Positions 45,376 through 58,883 of a stretch of 64,000 bases of DNA are shown piece by piece. The position numbers and the translations under genes are program-made. This DNA is from Mustelus asterias (lineage: Eukaryota), in NCBI RefSeq assembly GCF_964213995.1, contig NW_027590645.1, positions 124,001-188,000 on the forward strand. Direction: 5' to 3'. The notes under the pieces were generated by a model. That model was not told where the DNA came from. It did not search any database and saw only the letters and a list, made by a program, of their open reading frames with translations. How positions within the stretch are numbered: position 1 is the stretch's first letter; each line of letters begins with the position of its first letter.

Positions 45376-47902
45376 TTTCTCCTGTTTTTATCCCTGTTAT
45401 GATTACGCTCTGGGTAAGGATGGTTGACAGGTGACAGGATGGGAAATTGTGGTTTGGGTCATTGACCAAATGGTTTGTTGATCCAAAAGGTGTAAAAGGG
45501 GCCAAACTTTATCAGAAATCCAGCAGAGCTGAGAACAGACGACTTGCTGTGTGGGAGCAGGGGGATAAACAGCTCCCAGAGGACAGAGAAAACAGGAGGG
45601 CCTTGAATCCTGGATGATACCTGTGTGTCAAGGCCACCATGTTTTCACTGCTTGGCATGGAAATGCTGACTCCCTGTACCAGGGACGCAGCGTGGGAAGA
45701 CAATTGTTTGAGAGTTTGACGTGGCTTGTGCAGATACAGATGGTTCAATGACAGGTTTTCTAATTGGGCCGTTCAAATGTTAGCTGGGCAATGATTGGGT
45801 TAAATCAGTCTCCATAGACTTTGTGATGTAACAAAGTATAAGAAGGGATTCCCCGAGCACAGAGATTTGTCGAGGTTTTACATATTGCATTGACTGGTGC
45901 CATGGCATCTGGGGCAGAGCAGGGAGCATTTCCGTGGAGATGCTGCTTCTACCCAGAGTGTAATGGTAATGCTGCTGCATTTTGATATGACTGCTCAGAC
46001 ATTAGCCTGTGTCAGCTCTTATTGATCCTGAATAAAATCTAACCACTGTCACCAATAAGGGTTATCACTGGAATCATTTCAGAGTTTGGGAAAAGGGGAG
46101 AAAGGGTTAATTGATTCCCTGAACCCCATTTTCTAACATCGCTGAGTCAAAAATAAAATCTCATCTCCCCCTCTGGCTCCTTTGCCAATTACCTTAGAGG
46201 GACTCACTTTCTGTTAAAGAGCCTGCCAACCCCTCTCACCCACTTTCCCTAAAGTGCATCAATCTCATCAGGAAAAGTCCAGAACAATCAAATATTTTTA
46301 CTGATAAAAGTTTATTAATGAAACAGAACATGGTTAAAACAAACAGAAAATGACTTGAGGATCAAAGACAACCAGAGTAAAGGATGTTCACAATGTTCTG
46401 GACACAAATGGTTTCTCTTCAGCTCCTCTGTCCCCTGTTCCCGTGACTCCCCGCTTTGGACACAGGGACACTGAACCCCGGGGGTCACGTCACCATCAGC
46501 CCTGGTCACCCCCTCCCGAGCCCCGATTGGTTGGAGGCCCATTTCCCAGTCAGTCCTCCAGCGCCTTCCTGTCTCTCTATTAGTGTGATCCCCATGGCAG
46601 TTTCCCAACTGCCATGCAGGCCTGTTATTCACAGCTAAATTCAGCCCTCAGCTCCGTTGCCTGGCTGTCATTGACACGAGCAACAGAGACAGAAAGGTGT
46701 CCCAGGCTCAAATGGGAAGTCAAAACTTGTGGCTCTAAACCAACACTTCAACATTTGTCAGTCAAATCCATGTTATTTACACTGGGAGTTTTTATGATGA
46801 GATTAATTGAAGTGTTCGGCTGGTCAGCAAGCTCGATAAGCACTGATTCCAGATTGTTCAATACTTCTGTCTTGAATCACAAAATCTTCTCACTTTATCC
46901 CCTTCCTGAACTGAATTCCATTATCCTGAGCAGCTGTGGGTGTCACCTCTCTGTGTAAACTCCTGCCCCTTTTTATAAGGCTCTCTCATTCCTTATTGTG
47001 GGTCAATTCTTTAATGGTTGAGGATCGCTCTGCGATGTAGTGAGTGTTTATCCGGTCAATCAATGTTTCTGATGTCAGTCAGAACGTCCATCGTTACTTT
47101 TCACCTGTTTCTTACTCTGTGTTTTATAAAAATAAAGTTTTCAAACTTTTACAGAATGGTCAGCTTTAAGGTTTCTTTAGTTCATGATGAGGTCATCCAA
47201 AGGTCAAAGCCTCTCTTTTCTCCTTCCCGTTTAACTAAGGGTCTGTGGAATATTCCATTCACGGGGAGGTGGTGGGAATGTCGCTGGCCGAGTAATGCAG
47301 AGACCCAGCAAAGGATCTGGGGACAGGCAGCTGGTGGGATTTGAATTCAGTGAATCAATTTGGAATTATATAAAGTTAGTCTCAGTAACGGTGACCATGA
47401 AATTGTCATCGATTGTTGTAAAAACCTGTCCAGTTCACCCTATTAATGCTCCCTATTAGGGAAGGAAATCTGCCATCCTTACCCGGTCTGGCCTACATGT
47501 GAATCCAGACCCACACAGCGATGTGGGTGAATCTTAACTGCCCCTCTGAAATGGCTGAGCAAGTCACTCCATTCAGGGGCAATCATTCTAGACACCCACC
47601 ACCCTCTGTGAAAAAATTGCCCCTCTGGACCCTTTTGTATCTCTCCCCTCTCACCTTAAACCTATGCCCTCTGTCTGTGTGGAGTTTGCACATTCTCCCC
47701 GTGTCTGCGTAGGTTTCCTCCGGGTTCTCCAGTTTCCTCCCACAATCCAAAGATGTGCAGGTTTGATGCATTGGTCATGCTAAATTCTCATTCAGTGTAC
47801 CCGAACAGGTGCCACGTTGCAGCGATTAGGGGATTTTCACAATAACTTAATTGCAGTGTTAATGTAAGCCCACTTGTGACTAATAAATAAACGTTACTTT
47901 AC

Positions 47903-48690
47903 TTAGACCTTTATAAGATCACCCCCAAGTCTCTTACGCTCCAGGGAAAAAACACCCAGTCCATCCAGCCTCTCCTTATACCTTAAACCATCAAGGCCTG
48001 GTAGCATGCTAGTAAATCTTTTCTGCACTCTTTCTAGTTTAATAATATCCTTTCTATAATCGGGTGACCAGAACTGTACACAGTATTTCAAGTGTGGCCT
48101 TACCAATGTCTTGTACAACTTCAACAAGACGTCCCAACTCCTGTATTCAATGTTCTGACCAATGAAACCAAGCATGCTGAATGCCTTCTTCACCACGCTG
48201 TCCACCTGTGACTCCACTTTCAAGGAGCTGTGAACATGTACCCCTAGATCTCTTTGTTCTGTAACTCTCCCCAACGCCCTACCATTAACTGAGTAAGTCC
48301 TGCCCTGATTCAGTCTACCAAAATGCATCACCTCGCATTTATCTAAATTAAACTGCATTTGCCATTCATCAGCCCACTAGCCCAATTGATCAAGATCCCG
48401 TTGCAATCTGAGATAACCTTCTTCACTGTCCACTGTGCCACCAATCTTGGTGTCATCTGCAAACTTACTAACCATGCCTCCTAAATTTTCATCCAAATCA
48501 TTATTATAAATGACAAATAAGAGTAGACTCAGCATTGATCCCTGTGGTGCACCACTGGTCACAGGCCTCCAGTTTGAAAAACAACCCTCTATAACCACCC
48601 CCTGTCTTCTATCATCCAGCCAATTTTGTATCCATTTAGCTACTTCACCCTGGATCCCATGAGATTTAACCTTATGCAACACCTCCCTTG
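47903..48690 (-). mobile_element. Decayed CR1 RT fragment
   Basis: SKFADDTKIGG…RPHLKYCVQFWSP with stops. Confidence 0.9.
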
Positions 48691-48784
48691 CTAAAGTCCT
48701 CATTAGATATCAATTCTACCTGTTACCGACATTTCACTGAACCAGTCTATATTTTCATCACCAGACTACACTGGCAGCAATGTC

Positions 48785-50007
48785 AACATCTTTCTAACTT
48801 GATTGATTCTATTGAGGAGCTGACAAGGGTGACCATTGAGGGTAGAGCAGTGGATGTTGTGTACATGGATTTTAGTAAGGCTTTCAACAAGGTCCCTCAT
48901 GGTCGCCTCATCCAGAAGATTAAGATGCATGGGATTCACGGTGACTTGGCCACTTGGATTCAGAATTGATTTGCCCATAGAAGTCAGAAAATAGTGGTGG
49001 AAGGGTGTTTTTCTGACTGGAGGTCTGTGACGAGTGGTGTTCTGCAGGGATCCGTACTGGGACCTTTGCTCTTTGGGATACATATAAATGACTTGGATGA
49101 AAACGTGGATGGGTGGGTTAGTAAGTTTGCAGACAACACAAAGCTAGATGGAGTTGTAGATAATGTAGAAGGTTGTCAAAGGATACAGTGGGATGTAGAT
49201 CAGCTGCAGATATGAGCGGAGAAATGGCAGATGGATTTTAATCCGGACAAGTGTGAGGTACTGCACTTTGGGAGATCAAATATTAAGGGTAAGTATCCAG
49301 TTAATGGCAGACCCCTGAACAGCAATGATCTTGGGGTTCAAGTCCAGAGCTCCCTGAAATTGGCCACACCAGTAGATAGGTGGTAAAGAAGGCAGATAGC
49401 ATGCTTGCCTTTATTGAGTCTGACATCCTTTATTCAGGATGTCATGTTGCAGCTTTATAAAACCTTGGTTAGACCGCACTTAGAATAGTGCATTCAATTC
49501 TGTTCGCTACATTACAGGAAGGATGCAGAGGATTTGGAGAGGGTGCAGAAGATGTTTACCAGGATGCTGCCTGGATTGGAGGGGATGAGCTATAATGAGA
49601 GGCTGGACAAACTAGGGTTGTTTTCTCTGAAACTGCAGAAATTGAGGGGAGAGCTGATTGAAGTCTATAAAATTATGAGAGACAGAGATAGGGTTGACAG
49701 TCAGAATCTTTTTCCCCAGAGTTAAAATTTCTAATACTAGGGGGCATGCACTTCAGGAGAGAGGGGGAAAGTTCAAAGGAGATGTGAGGGGCAAGTTTTT
49801 CCTTTGCACAGAGAGTGGTCGTGTCTGGAACACGCTGCAGCACAGGTGGTGGAGGCAGATACGATAGGGGCGTTTAGATAAACACATAAATATGCAAGGA
49901 ATATGGACCAAGGGCAGGCAGAACGGATAAGTTTAATTTGGCATCATGTTCGACCCAATATCGTGGGCTGAAGGGTCTGTTCCTGTGCTGTACTGTTCTA
50001 CGTTCTA
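48785..50007 (+). mobile_element. Decayed CR1 3' half
   Basis: DFSKAFNKVPHG, QGSVLGP, KFADN; tail ctgtgctgtactgttctacgttcta. Confidence 0.9.
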
Positions 50008-50091
50008 TTAGTGATCTCCATTTAGAAAAAGGAAATAAAGGCACTGGAGAAGGGGCAAGAAAGATTCACAAGAATAATCCCAGAACTGTAA

Positions 50092-51018
50092 TCACTTGTG
50101 AACTCGCTGGTGTTTCACCAAGTTTGCTGACCGAGTGAATCCCTTCCCACACACAGAGCAGGTGACCAGCCTCTGCCCAGTGTGAACTCGCTGATGTACC
50201 CGTAGGTTGCATGACTGAGCGAATCCCTTCCCACAGTCAGAGCAGCTGAACGGTCTCTCCCCAGTGTGAATGCGCTGGTGGGTAATCAGTTCATGAGAGC
50301 TTTTGAAGCCACTCCCACAGTCAGAACATTTAAAGGGTCTCTCCTGGGTGTGAGTGATGTTGTGTCTGCGGAGGCTGGATAACTGAGTGAATCCTTTCGC
50401 ACACACCGAGCAGGTGAATGGTCTCTCCCTGGTGTGAACTCGCTGATGGTTCAGCAATGCTGCAGATATTCTAAATCTCTTTGAGCAGTGAGGGCAGCTG
50501 AACGGCCTCTCCTCAGTGTGAATGCGCTGGTGGACGATCAGTTTCTGAGAGCTTTTGAAGCCATTCCCACAGTCACAGCATTTAAAGGGTCTCTCATTGG
50601 TATGAATGACTCGGTGTGTCTTCAGGCTGGATGACTGAGTGAATCCCTTCCCACACACAGAGCAGGTGAACGGTCTCTCCCCAGTGTGAACTCGCTGGTG
50701 TATCTGCAGGTTGGATGAAGTTCTAAATTTCTTTGTGCAGTGAGAGCAGCTGAACGGTCTCTCCTCAGTGTGAATGCGCTGGTGGGACACCAGATCCTGA
50801 GAGCTTTTAAAACCACTCCCACAGTCACAGCATTTAAATGGTCTCTCATTGGTGTGAGTGAGATTGTGTTTCTGCAGGCTGGATAACTGAGTGAATCCCT
50901 TCCCACACACAGAGCAGGTGAATGGTCTCTCCCCAGTGTGACTGCGTTGATGAATTTCCAGCTGAGATGGGGATATGAATCCCTTCCCACAGTCTCCACA
51001 TTTCCACGGTTTCTCCAT
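50092..51018 (-). CDS. C2H2 zinc-finger protein, 11 fingers with three-finger periodicity
   Basis: accATGgag at 51018; 11 intact fingers; acceptor cttacag| at ~51369. Confidence 0.88.
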   Translation of the reverse strand: MEKPWKCGDCGKGFISPSQLEIHQRSHTGERPFTCSVCGKGFTQLSSLQKHNLTHTNERPFKCCDCGSGFKSSQDLVSHQRIHTEERPFSCSHCTKKFRTSSNLQIHQRVHTGERPFTCSVCGKGFTQSSSLKTHRVIHTNERPFKCCDCGNGFKSSQKLIVHQRIHTEERPFSCPHCSKRFRISAALLNHQRVHTRERPFTCSVCAKGFTQLSSLRRHNITHTQERPFKCSDCGSGFKSSHELITHQRIHTGERPFSCSDCGKGFAQSCNLRVHQRVHTGQRLVTCSVCGKGFTRSANLVKHQRVHK

Positions 51019-52351
51019 GGTGCGGGTGTCCTTGTGACTCTCCAGGTTAAACAATCAGTTAAATCTCACACAGAACACGGGTACAATCTCTCCCCGCTGT
51101 GAAAGCTGCGATGTATTTTCAGGCTGTGTAACTGGTTAAAGCTCTTTCCACACTCAGTGCACTGGAACACTCTCACTCGGGTGTGTGTATCTCAATGCAT
51201 TTCTAGTCACAGCGATGTTTACAATCTTTTGAAGCCAAGAGGCCAAACAAGCATTTCTCCTGCTAGATTCAAAGGCCGATGATATTCAGGTCCCAAGAAG
51301 TCGAGTCACTCTGTCAGATCTCGATGTGATGTTGGAGATTTCTGTCTGATTTCTCCTTGTCTAATATCCTGTAAGTCAATTTAGAAAAAAAACATTGCAA
51401 TTCAGAATATGATCGAAATTCAAATCTACATTTCTAGTTTATGGAGCATTCTTTAAAGACACAGTCATGGAGCATTAAACTTGCCCAGCAGGGCCTCCCG
51501 TATCAGCACACAGGCAGCTGCTTTGTGAGACTGCCAGCAGTACAGACAAGTCAGAGATAAGGGTGTCCTCAGAAGTGGGATTCATTGTGAAAGCTCAGGG
51601 ACGGTTGATAAGATGGAGCAATTCTGTGATTCTAATGAACATTCTTTCCTCTCCCATTCCCCAAAAGCCGTGAATCTCCATCCCACACACTCTCCCTCCA
51701 TTCTCACTCTGCTGTATCTAATATTCACCCTCCCAATTCTCCTGAAGGTGCTGATTGAGGCTGATTGACAGATCCATGCTCACTGCTTCCTGTCCAGCAC
51801 AGAGATCAGAACAAATAGGAGCTGCAGTCAGCATTCGGCCCATCGAGTCTGCTCAACCATTCATTGAGATTATTGGTTGATCTACCTCTGCATTATTTTC
51901 CCCACACTGTCCCCCATATCCATCGATATCTTCAATATCTAGAAACCTATCAACCCCTCTCTTGAAAATTCTTGATGACTGAGGCTCTGTAGTCCTCTGG
52001 GGTAGAGAATCCAAAACATCACCACATCCTTGAGTGAAGAAATCCTTCCTCATCTGAGCTTTCTCTCCATTTTCCAGCCTGTTTCCAATAATTATTGACT
52101 CCCTTGTCATTCAAACACTGTCTAACTCATCCTTGAATATATTCAATCCCTCCACTGGTCCCTATGGAAGAGAAATCTAGACACTAACAATTCTCTGAGA
52201 GAAGAGATTGTTGGAAATATATAATATAGCTGCAGTCCAAAATTACACAGCCAGATATAATAAGTGTATTTTATTACAGAGCTATAAATAATATATCTAA
52301 TCTGTACCATATAACAACAGGGGAGCGGATAGCCTTGTAGTATTAATCACC

Positions 52352-53900
52352 AGTCCCCTGGGCCTGATGAAATGTATCCTAGGATTCTGTGGGAGGCAAG
52401 GGATGAGATTGCAGAGCCTTTGGCGTTGATCTTTGGGTCCTCGCTGTCCACGGGGATGGTGCCAGAGGACTGGAGAATGGCGAATGTTGTTCCTCTGTTT
52501 AAGAAAGGGAATAGAAATGACCCTGGTAATTATAGACCGGTTAGTCTTACTTCGGTGGTTGGTAAATTGATGGAAAGGGTCCTTAGGGATGGGATTTACG
52601 ACCATTTAGAAAGATGCGGATTAATCCGAGATAGTCAGCACGGATTCGTGAAGGGCAAGTCGTGCCTCACAAATTTGATAGAATTTTTTGAGGAGGTAAC
52701 TAAGTGTGTTGATGAAGGTAGGGCAGTTGATGTCATATACATGGATTTTAGTAAGGCGTTTGATAAGGTCCCCCATGGTCGGCTTATGATGAAAGTAAGG
52801 AGGTGTGGGATAGAGGGAAAGTTGGCCGATTGGATAGGTAACTGGCTGTCTGACCGAAGACAGAGGGTGGTGGTGGATGGAAAATTTTCGGATTGGAGGC
52901 AGGTTGCTAGCGGTGTGCCGCAGGGATCAGTGCTTGGTCCTCTGCTCTTTGTGATTTTTATTAATGACTTAGAGGAGGGGGCTGAAGGGTGGATCAGTAA
53001 ATTTGCTGATGACACCAAGATTGGTGGAGTAGTGGATGAGGTGGACAGCTGTTGTAGGCTGCAAAGAGACATAGATAGGATGCAAAGCTGGGCTGAAAAA
53101 TGGCAAATGGAGTTTAACCCTGTTAAATGTGAGGTGATTCATTTTGGTAGGACAAATTTAAATGTGGATTACAGGGTCAAAGGTAGGGTTCTGAAGACTG
53201 TGGAGGAACAGAGAGATCTTGGGGTCCATATCCACAGATCTCTAAAGGTTGCCACTCAAGTGGATAGAGCTGTGAAGAAGGCCTATAGTGTGTTAGCTTT
53301 TATTAACAGGGGGTTGGAGTTTAAGAGCCGTGGGGTTATGCTGCAACTGCACAGGACCTTGGTGAGACCACATTTGGAATATTGTGTGCAGTTCTGGTCA
53401 CCTCACTATAAGAAGGATGTGGAAGCGCTGGAAAGAGTGCAGAGGAGATTTACCAGGATGCTGCCTGGTTTGGAGGGTAGGTCATATGAGGAAAGGTTGA
53501 GGGAGCTAGGGCTGTTCTCTCTGGAGCGGAGGAGGCGGAGGGGAGACTTAATAGAGGTGTATAAAATGATGAAGGGGATAGATAGAGTGAACGTTCAAAG
53601 ACTATTTCCTCGGGTGGATGGAGCTATTACAAGGGGGCATAACTATAGGGTTCGTGGTGGGAGATACAGGACGGATATCAGAGGTAGGTTCTTCACGCAG
53701 AGAGTGGTTGGGGTGTGGAATGGACTGCCTGCAGTGATAGTGGAGTCAGACACTTTAGGAACATTTAAGCGGTTATTGGATAGGCACATGGAGCACACCA
53801 GGATGATAGGGAGTGGGATAGCTTGATCTTGGTTTCAGATAAAGCTCGGCACAACATCGTGGGCCGAAGGGCCTGTTCTGTGCTGTACTGTTCTATGTTC
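52352..53900 (+). mobile_element. 5'-truncated young CR1 (same family as 29073-33343), TSD TATTAATC, nested in a SINE inside a ZNF intron
   Basis: Nearly identical to 31795-33341; TATTAATC at 52341-52348 and 53901-53908; open 484-aa RT ORF 52372..53826. Confidence 0.95.
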
Positions 53901-54689
53901 TATTAATCCAGAAACTTAGCTGATGTTCTGGGGACCCGGGTTTGAATCCTGCCACGGCAGATGGTGGAATTTGAATTTGAAAACAAAATCTAGAATTAAG
54001 AATCTACTGATGACCATGAAACCATTGTCGATTGACCAAAAAACCCGTCTGGTTCATTAATGTGCTTTAGGGAAGGAAATCTGCCGTCCTTACCCAGTCT
54101 GGCCTACATGTGACTCCAGAGCCACAGCAATGTGGTTGACTCTCACCCAGCTTCTGAAATGGCCGAGCGAGCCATTCAGTTCAAGGGCAATTGGGGATGG
54201 GCAATAAATGCTGGCCCAGCCGGCAATGCCCGTGTCCCAAGGATGAATAAAAAACAACATCAGACACGTCTCTGTCCGATATTAGTTTACTGTCCCCTTT
54301 AATATATTTCAGAAATTAGATGGGCACATGAAGGAAATAAACTTGCAGGGGAAAGGGAATATAGAAAGGGAATGGGACTGACTGGATTGTTCTACAGAGA
54401 GTCGGCATGGATTCGAGTTACTGAATGGACTCCTTCTGCGCTGTAATGACTCAATGAGTGAAAATATATAACATAGCTTCAGTGCTACATTACAAAACAA
54501 GAAATAATAATAAACGTACTTTGTTACAGAACCATAAATATTATACCAAATCTACTATATAACAACACAAGGCATATCTCTGTCCTATATTAATTTATTG
54601 TCCTTTTAAATGTCAGCCATCACCAGGGGAAACCAGCCCTTTAATTGTGAACATTAGGAAAGGGACCTTTTAGCCAGACAAATCAATGT

Positions 54690-55500
54690 GTCAAGCTGAG
54701 GGAGCAAAGGATGTCAATGTCTTTAAGAGAAAGAGAAACCTGGGCCAACCTTTCCAGAGTCTGCACCCTCCCTGGAGTCACTCCGTTTCCCTTCAGTTGC
54801 TGCAAGTCAAGGCAGGAATGAGCAGCTGAACAAGCTCATTGTCCACTTCCGCATTCAGACAATGGGCGAGCTCTGATTGGCTGGAGGACCAGAACATCCG
54901 TTCCTCCAACTTTCCATTGGCCAACACCTCAGCAGCAGGTCAAAAGGTTGGCTCGCCCCGCACATGCGCATCTTCCCCTCTCCCTTGGACATGCGCAGTC
55001 CCGGGCCGAGGGAGGGGGCGATCATGACGCGGCTTCTCGCTCTGGCCGGAGCCGTCAGCCGGTTGATTGGAAACCGTGGCTGGAAGAGGTGAAGGGGGAG
55101 GGGGAACAATGGGTGGGGGCGGGGCTCCCGGGTCCGCGCGCCCGGGCCTGAGCACTGGAACCCGGAGACGTCATCGCGGAGCAGAATGATTCCTATTGGC
55201 TGATTTAGGCAGAGCTCTCTTATGGACGTCACAATGCGGAAGTTGTCCAAACTCCCTCTTCTGGGCAACATCTGGGAGGAAATCAATGTTTCCCCCTTTC
55301 CATTTCTTTTCTCATTCTGGGGGAAATTGGGGACTTGCAGCAACTGAAGGGAAAGGAAGTGAATCCAGGGAGGCTGCAGACTCTGGAAAGGTTACAGATG
55401 AAGACCGGATTCAGGAACAGGACTAGGCCCAGGTATATTTTTGTTTCTCTCTCAAAGACATTGACATCTTTTAGTTCCCTCAGTTTATCTGGCTAATAGG
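54690..55500. promoter_or_regulatory. Second type-B bidirectional promoter with inverted first exons
   Basis: Colinear with 38340-39160; left arm partly replaced at ~54808-54870. Confidence 0.75.
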
Positions 55501-55729
55501 GTAGCCTCTTACCCAATGTTCACAATTCAGTTTTCCCAGAAGAGGGCTAACATTTAAATGAACTGTAAATTTGTATGGGAGAGAGATATGTTATTTATGA
55601 TCCCATATTTTTTGACTTGAAATATACAGCAGTGTGGCTGCTTTATCAATTTCCAGTGATGCAGAGATTACAACATAGAAGGAAATGCATTTGGCAACTT
55701 AAATCCATGCTGACTCTCCGTGGTAGCCA

Positions 55730-55900
55730 TGATGTGGAGATGCCGGCATTGGACTGGGTTGGGCATAGTAAGAAGTCTCACAACACCAGGTTAAAGTCCA
55801 TCAGGTGAGTGACCTGAGGAAGGAGCAGTGCTCCAAAAGCTCGTGATTCCAAATAAACCTGTTGGACTTTAACCTAGTGTTGTGAGACTTACTGTACTCT
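55730..55900. mobile_element. Penelope pseudo-LTR inverted-repeat remnant with a mutated hammerhead
   Basis: agtaagaagtctcacaacaccaggttaaagtcca … tggactttaacctagtgttgtgagacttact; CTGAGGA…AAAA instead of GAAA. Confidence 0.75.
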
Positions 55901-56939
55901 CTGTGGAGCAATTTGGTCAGTTCCATTCCCTTGAGCTCCACGTCACATTGGAATGGATGAGAGTTCCAGATGAAGTGAGACTGGGGTGGAGTCGGGCGAT
56001 GTCACTGAGATGGGAATAGGCGGTTTTGATGATGATGTGGATATGTGGTTGGAAGCTCATCTTGGGGTGAAATATTTCACCATGGTTGTGAACAGTTTGG
56101 TTCAGCCTCAGACAGTTACCAGGAAGATAGAGTTGCTGGTGAGGGAGTGGAGTTTGTAGTGGGGACTGAAGACAATGGGTTCAGTCTTCCCAGTGTTTGT
56201 ATGAAAGAAGTTTCAGTTCTTTTAGTACTGGATTTCAGACAAGTCAGGATTGTGTGCGAGTTGTGGGGGGAGAAACTCGGAGGTGATGGCGTTCACATCT
56301 ACCTGCTACCTTGGTCCTTCTAGGTGGTGGAGGTTGAGGATTTGGGAGATTCTGTCAAAGTTCTCATTGAGTTCTAGATGTATAAAATCCCTCTCCTTCA
56401 CCCCGGCCCCTTCTACTTCTCTCTGTCTCCACTCGAGACCAGGTGCCAGATTTCCTTTCTTGACAGACATCAGCATAACACTTGGGTTTTTATGATAATC
56501 CAGCAGCTTTCCTCTGTGTGGGTTTCCTCCAGATGCTCTGGTTTTCTCCCACAGTCCAGAGATGTGCAGATTAAGTGGGTTAGCCATTTCCCTTAGTGTC
56601 CCAAGACATGTAGGTTAGATGGATTAGCCATGGTAAATGTGTGAGGGTATGGGGATAGGGTGGGGGAGAGGCTCTGGGTAAGATACTATGTGAGAGAATT
56701 GGTGCGACCCATGGGTTGAATGTCCTCCTTCTGCACTGTAGGGACTCTATGATAATGTTGGAAAATGTGAAACAGTTCATTTTGGAAGGGAGAGCAGGGG
56801 AGTATTATTTAAATGGGGAAAAGACTGTAAAGCTGCAACACAACAGGACTTGGGGGACTTCTGCACAAAACACAGAAACCCAGCACACAGGTGCAGTTGG
56901 TAATCAGGAAGCCTAATAGAATGTTGGCCCTTATTTCAA

Positions 56940-57240
56940 GTAAAGTAAAGTTTATTTATTTGTCACAAGTAGGCTTACATTAACAATGCAATGATGTTAC
57001 TGTGAAAATCCACTAGTCGCCACACTCCGGCGCCTGTTCAGGTACACTGAGGGAGAATTTAGCATGACCAGTTCACCTAACCTGCACATCTTTGGACTGT
57101 GGGAGGAAACCGGAGCACCCGGAGGAAACCCACGCAGAACCGGGGAGAATGTGCAAACTCCACACAGACAGTGACCCAAGCCAGGAATTGAACCCGAGTC
57201 TCTGGCGCTGTGAAGCAGCAGTGCTAACTGCAGTGCCACT
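56940..57240 (-). mobile_element. HE1-like SINE, tail type B, nested in a decayed CR1 (~56760-57785, +)
   Basis: SINE motifs; flanking CR1 translation LLQLYKVLARPYLEDCEQFWSP. Confidence 0.8.
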
Positions 57241-57969
57241 GTGGTTGGAGTATATGAGTAGGGAAGTCTTGCTACAACTGTACAAGGTACTGGCGAGACC
57301 ATATCTGGAGGACTGTGAGCAGTTTTGGTCTCCTTATTTCAGGAAAAATATTATTTCATTGGAGGCAGTTCACAGTAGATTCACTTGGATTATCCCCGTT
57401 ATGGAGGGATTGTTTTATGAGGAAAGTTTAAACAGGTTGGGCCTCTCCTCATTGGAATTTAGAAGAATGAGAGGTGATCTCATTGAAGCATATTGGATTC
57501 TTAAGGGACTTGAGAGGGTAAATGCTGAGCGGATGTTTCCTCTCATGGGAGAGTCTGGGACCAGAGGGCACAGTCTCAGAATAAAAGGTGCCAATTTAAG
57601 ACTGAGATCAGGAGCAATTTCTTCTCCCAGAGGGTTGAGAGTCTTTGCAAGTCCTTGCCACAGAGAGCTGTGGGGGCAAAGCCCTTGTGTATATTTTTGA
57701 TCAATAAGGAAATCAAGGGTTACGGGAAAAGGGCAAGAAAGTGGACATGAGGAATGTCAGATCAGCCATGATCCTATTGAATGGGTGACATTCAATCCCT
57801 TCCCTGCAGGACATCAGTGAATCAATTGGGTTTTTAATGACACTCCAGAATTTTCATGGTCACTTTTACCTAGTGCCGGCCCCAGAAATGACCAGATTCA
57901 TTCCGCTCAATTTCACAACCTGCCTTTGTGTTTTTGTGGGTTCTCTCTCACATTTGTTTTCTTTTAAAT

Positions 57970-58630
57970 TCAGTGTCACAGAGTTTTAGAAGAGGAGGAT
58001 TTGCAGTCAGGAATCTTTGAACAAACATCACATCAGGAGTTGACGGAGCTGCCCAGTTAACGGTAACTTGATTATCATTTAAACATTGAAGGAAAAAGCA
58101 TTGTTCACAGTAGATGAAACTGTTCTCTGTGTGGACGCAGCTTCAGTTGATCATCTGGCCTCAGGAGCTACAAATATAAACATCCTGGGGAGGAACCATG
58201 GAAGAGTGAGGACAGTGATGAGGGATTCAGTTACCTGTCTGAGCTGGAAGCTCATCGTGCACCGGGGAGAGGCCGTTCACCGGCTCTGTGTATTGGACTG
58301 ATTTCACTCCATCAGCCAACCTGTTGTCTCACTGACATATTCACACTGGGGGGAGATTGTTCAAACGCTGCAGAGATGGAAAGGGATTCATTCAGTCATC
58401 CCACCATATGACACACAAACGTGTTCACACTTGAGTGATTTTGTTAATTGCCCAGATTACGAGAAGAGCTGTAAAAGTTCCAGGGAAGTGATATCCTATC
58501 AACTTGTCCACACTGACGAGAGACCGTTCAGGTGCTCTCACTTTAGGACTGAGTTCAGGCGATTATCTCACCTCACAGTGCACCAGCAGATTCACACTGG
58601 GGAGAGGTTATTCCTCTGCTCTGACTCAGT
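57970..58630 (+). pseudogene. Heavily decayed ZNF pseudogene, paralog of 25402-26294
   Basis: Shares the upstream intron (acaacctgcctttgtgtttttgtgggttctctctcacattt) and the finger remnants EPWKSEDSDEGFSYLSELEAHR and [11 protein letters not shown]. Confidence 0.8.
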
Positions 58631-58883
58631 TGAAAAAAATTACAAGTAAATCACTATTTGCTATAGACCAAAGAAAGATACTTTATTAGAAGAGTAAGGG
58701 TCACAAGGTAAAACAAGCCAAGTTCCAGAATATTAAACATCCAGTCCAGTTACAGAGATTGTAAACATCAACAGAAACAAACCCAAACTATCAGAATGAA
58801 CAGAGTTCAGGCTTGGATGTCATTAACAGCAGCAACAGCAGCAGAATCCAATCCCAATAATCACTGCTGAACTCGCCGGTGTG

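Noticed and set aside
47903-50007. Twin-priming inversion of a single CR1
   Set aside because: The two opposed fragments cover the same RT region and differ in sequence, so they are independent insertions
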